This document shows positions 5,064-7,001 of a DNA stretch of 7,001 nt, piece after piece. Position 1 is the first letter of the stretch, and every line of letters starts with the position of its first letter. The position numbers and the translations under genes are program-made. This stretch comes from a virus: IMG/VR virus record IMGVR_UViG_3300011982_000003, positions 1 through 7,001 of that record. The stretch is one strand, 5' to 3'. The notes beneath the pieces were generated by a model that saw only the letters and a list, made by a program, of their open reading frames with translations, was not told the DNA's origin and did not search any database.

Positions 5064-6841
5064 TGCACCCTTTAGTTAGTCTCGTCAAAGAGAAAGAAGT
5101 GTTGTTACCTTGTGAACACCCGGTGTTGACAGAAAATAACGGTCGTGTTTATGCCCATGCCTGCGGTAAGTGTCGCATGTGTATGGAAAAGAAAGCACAG
5201 ATTTGGCGTATTAGATTAAAACAAGAGTGTGAAGATAACCGTTTTTGTATATTTTTTACCCTTACTTATGATAATATAAATGTTCCCTTTTTTCAACCTG
5301 CTAAAGACGCTGCTTGCTATGTACTCGATGGTGCGCAAGGATATCAGTTTAAAGGAGATGATTTCGTTTCTTATTCAAAAAGATTGTCCGTTCCTTATAA
5401 GGATTGTGGCGATGTGCTACCTATTGTTACCAATTTTGATGTTTGTAACTCTTTTGCTGTTGTTTCACGTACAGATGTTCAAAAGTTTTTGAAACGCTTC
5501 CGGTGGCATTTGCAACACCTTTTGACTAAACATTACAAGTTGAAATTTTATGACCAAATTTTCCATTGGACGCGACAGTTAGGTTATGATGGAACTGTAA
5601 AGTTTGAGGATTGGTTGTCTGATTTAGATGATGATACCTATACGATATATAATGAAGTTTATCAATATTATAAAAATAAATATGAAAAAGAAAAAGAACA
5701 AGCAAAGCAAGTCACGCGTTACTTCATTTGTAGCGAGTACACTCCGAGCACTTTCCGACCCCACTATCATGGTCTCTTTTGGTTTGAGAATGAAAAGGCG
5801 TACCAATTCGCCTTTAGGTGTATACGTAAGGCTTGGACGTTGTGCCATCAAAGGAATATCGACGTCCAATCTGTCACCGGCAACGCTTACGCCTATGTTG
5901 CGAAATATGTTACTGGCAATCTTAATTTGCCAAAGGTTCTACAAGCTAAATCTACCCGCACGTTCTGTCTGGCTTCTAAAGGTCCAGCTGTCGGGTATAA
6001 GTCGTTTAGTTCAGAAAGAGTATGCGAAATGTACAACCAACGAAATATATTCAGAAGTATTGACACAGTCACAAAGCAAGGAAAACAAGTTAATGTTTAC
6101 GTTGTTCCCCCGAGTGTTGTATCTCGATATTTCCCAAAGTGTTATCAGTATAGCCAGATATCTGATACACATAAATTTCGTGTATATACGCGATTTATCA
6201 AAATACAAAGATATGGTGACGTCGAAAAAATAGATATTCCTGCTTCTCTCGCGTGTTTACAATGGTATAAAGAGAATACGCATTTATATCCTCGGAGAAC
6301 TGTTGATGAATTAGGTGATAGTATGAACGCTGAGACTCCTTGGTTTCATTCTGCAGACATCAATGCCGCTCGTGCATGTTTAAGATGGTGTGTTAAGTAT
6401 GATTGTCACCCAAACCATTATATTGCGATGTTGGATTGGTTTCATAACGAGTATGCACAATATAATTTGTATCAACAATATCGGTATATGGAGCGTTTAC
6501 AGCGTGTTGTGCGTTACCGTGCTGATGAATACTATTCAAAGGATATAGATATAAGGTTAGATGATGTCAAGATATGTATAGATTTTACGTTCTTGGCGTG
6601 TTTACCGTTCTATTTGAAAGATGCTATTGATAGGCCTGATTTGTGTGCTATTGCAGAGAGTTACGGCATACATATATCTAACTTCTATTATCAAGGTTTG
6701 TTGTCACGTGATAAGGTTAATAGATACTATGAATATAACCAGAAGCATTTTGCCGAGTATCGACAAAAAGTTTATGATAGGTTGATATTGGCCGATAAAA
6801 CTAAGAAAGCTAATTCCTCTGTTTTGGAAGAAGTATATTAA
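5063..6841 (+). CDS. Rolling-circle replication initiation protein (VP4 / phiX174 gene A-like)
   Basis: 592 aa with the three RCR motifs in order: motif I FFTLTYD (about 5253..5273), motif II HYHGLFW (HYH at 5762..5770), and motif III YAYVAKYVTGN with paired catalytic tyrosines YVAKY (5894..5908), as in the phiX174 A protein. The N-terminus carries a Cys/His cluster, C-x-H...H-x-C-x2-C-x2-C. Confidence 0.9.
   Translation: MHPLVSLVKEKEVLLPCEHPVLTENNGRVYAHACGKCRMCMEKKAQIWRIRLKQECEDNRFCIFFTLTYDNINVPFFQPAKDAACYVLDGAQGYQFKGDDFVSYSKRLSVPYKDCGDVLPIVTNFDVCNSFAVVSRTDVQKFLKRFRWHLQHLLTKHYKLKFYDQIFHWTRQLGYDGTVKFEDWLSDLDDDTYTIYNEVYQYYKNKYEKEKEQAKQVTRYFICSEYTPSTFRPHYHGLFWFENEKAYQFAFRCIRKAWTLCHQRNIDVQSVTGNAYAYVAKYVTGNLNLPKVLQAKSTRTFCLASKGPAVGYKSFSSERVCEMYNQRNIFRSIDTVTKQGKQVNVYVVPPSVVSRYFPKCYQYSQISDTHKFRVYTRFIKIQRYGDVEKIDIPASLACLQWYKENTHLYPRRTVDELGDSMNAETPWFHSADINAARACLRWCVKYDCHPNHYIAMLDWFHNEYAQYNLYQQYRYMERLQRVVRYRADEYYSKDIDIRLDDVKICIDFTFLACLPFYLKDAIDRPDLCAIAESYGIHISNFYYQGLLSRDKVNRYYEYNQKHFAEYRQKVYDRLILADKTKKANSSVLEEVY
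5628..6233 (+). CDS. Candidate overprinted ORF (201 codons) in the +1 frame inside rep, with a highly basic N-terminus (MKKKKNKQSKSR...). Speculative.
   Basis: It is open for 201 codons in an AT-rich genome where alternate frames normally close quickly. Microviruses are known to overprint genes inside gene A (phiX B, K, A*). There is no independent evidence, and the basic N-terminus partly comes from an A-rich tract. Confidence 0.15.
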   Translation: MMIPIRYIMKFINIIKINMKKKKNKQSKSRVTSFVASTLRALSDPTIMVSFGLRMKRRTNSPLGVYVRLGRCAIKGISTSNLSPATLTPMLRNMLLAILICQRFYKLNLPARSVWLLKVQLSGISRLVQKEYAKCTTNEIYSEVLTQSQSKENKLMFTLFPRVLYLDISQSVISIARYLIHINFVYIRDLSKYKDMVTSKK

Positions 6842-6863
6842 TGTTTAACTAAATTATTGTATT

Positions 6864-7001
6864 ATGTCTAAAGTTCCAAAAATTGACGTTTCCCCTGCGA
6901 AACGACCTCGGAATGGTTTTGACCGTTCGGAGACGCACATTTATTCCCAGCCTGCTGGAATGTTGTTGCCCGTTTTCCAGATGTTTTTGAACCCTAATGA
7001 C
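6864..7001 (+). CDS. Major capsid protein VP1 (F-like), N-terminal part. The gene wraps across the circular junction and continues at 1..2102, giving about 720 aa in total.
   Basis: ATG at 6864 is the first start after an in-frame TAA at 6846..6848. Translation gives MSKVPKIDVSPAKRPRNGFDRSETHIYSQPAGMLLPVFQ..., a typical microvirus VP1 N-terminus (K/R-rich, RNxFD motif). It is in frame with the ORF 36..2102 (position 36 equals 6960, and 6960-6864=96). Confidence 0.85.
   Translation, partial: MSKVPKIDVSPAKRPRNGFDRSETHIYSQPAGMLLPVFQMFLNPND

Noticed and set aside
5280-5492. 70-aa + strand alternate-frame ORF inside rep (MFPFFNLLKTLLAMYS...)
   Set aside because: It is a short hydrophobic translation of a T-rich alternate frame and much weaker than the 201-codon case. 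It is not reported as a feature.
5624-6208. Minus-strand ORFs (81 and 65 aa) inside rep
   Set aside because: They are antisense to rep and their composition follows the poly-A/T tract (FFFFFIFIFII), so they look like artefacts.

Overview
The window is a complete circular genome of about 6,924 nt. The first 77 nt (1..77) are repeated exactly at 6925..7001, so the window wraps by 77 nt. The gene content and motifs identify it as a Microviridae (ssDNA phage) genome. Every convincing gene is on the + strand. In order: a major capsid protein VP1/F-like of about 720 aa, whose ATG is at 6864 and which continues across the junction to 2102; an acidic 141-aa protein; a VP2/H-like minor capsid (DNA pilot) protein with an N-terminal hydrophobic helix and a long Q/N/E-rich helical region; a roughly 950-nt stretch with no long ORF; a 145-aa protein with the SxHxxGxAxD signature of LAS/M15-type zinc D,D- or L-Ala-D-Glu peptidases (cell-wall hydrolase); a 61-aa ORF translationally coupled (TGATG) to the next gene; and a 592-aa rolling-circle replication initiator (VP4/A-like) with motif I FFTLTYD, motif II HYHGLFW and motif III YAYVAKYVTGN. 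The ORF track does not explain the 950-nt stretch. It holds two tandem tiny single-transmembrane peptide ORFs (28 and 38 aa) followed by a TTCG-tetraloop hairpin and T-tract that looks like a terminator. It also holds about 650 nt of AT-rich sequence punctuated by GC-rich perfect hairpins, an alternating purine-pyrimidine CG tract, short direct repeats and a TAnnTTTG (Bacteroidota -7-like) motif upstream of the peptidase gene. No gene has a Shine-Dalgarno sequence, which with the TAnnTTTG motif and GC near 42% suggests a Bacteroidota host (Alpavirinae-like gut microvirus); this is inference. The candidate novel biology is a holin-like small peptide pair plus an M15 peptidase as a lysis or entry module in a microvirus, a large structured non-coding region that could be a complementary-strand origin or packaging element, and a 201-codon overprinted ORF with a basic N-terminus inside rep.
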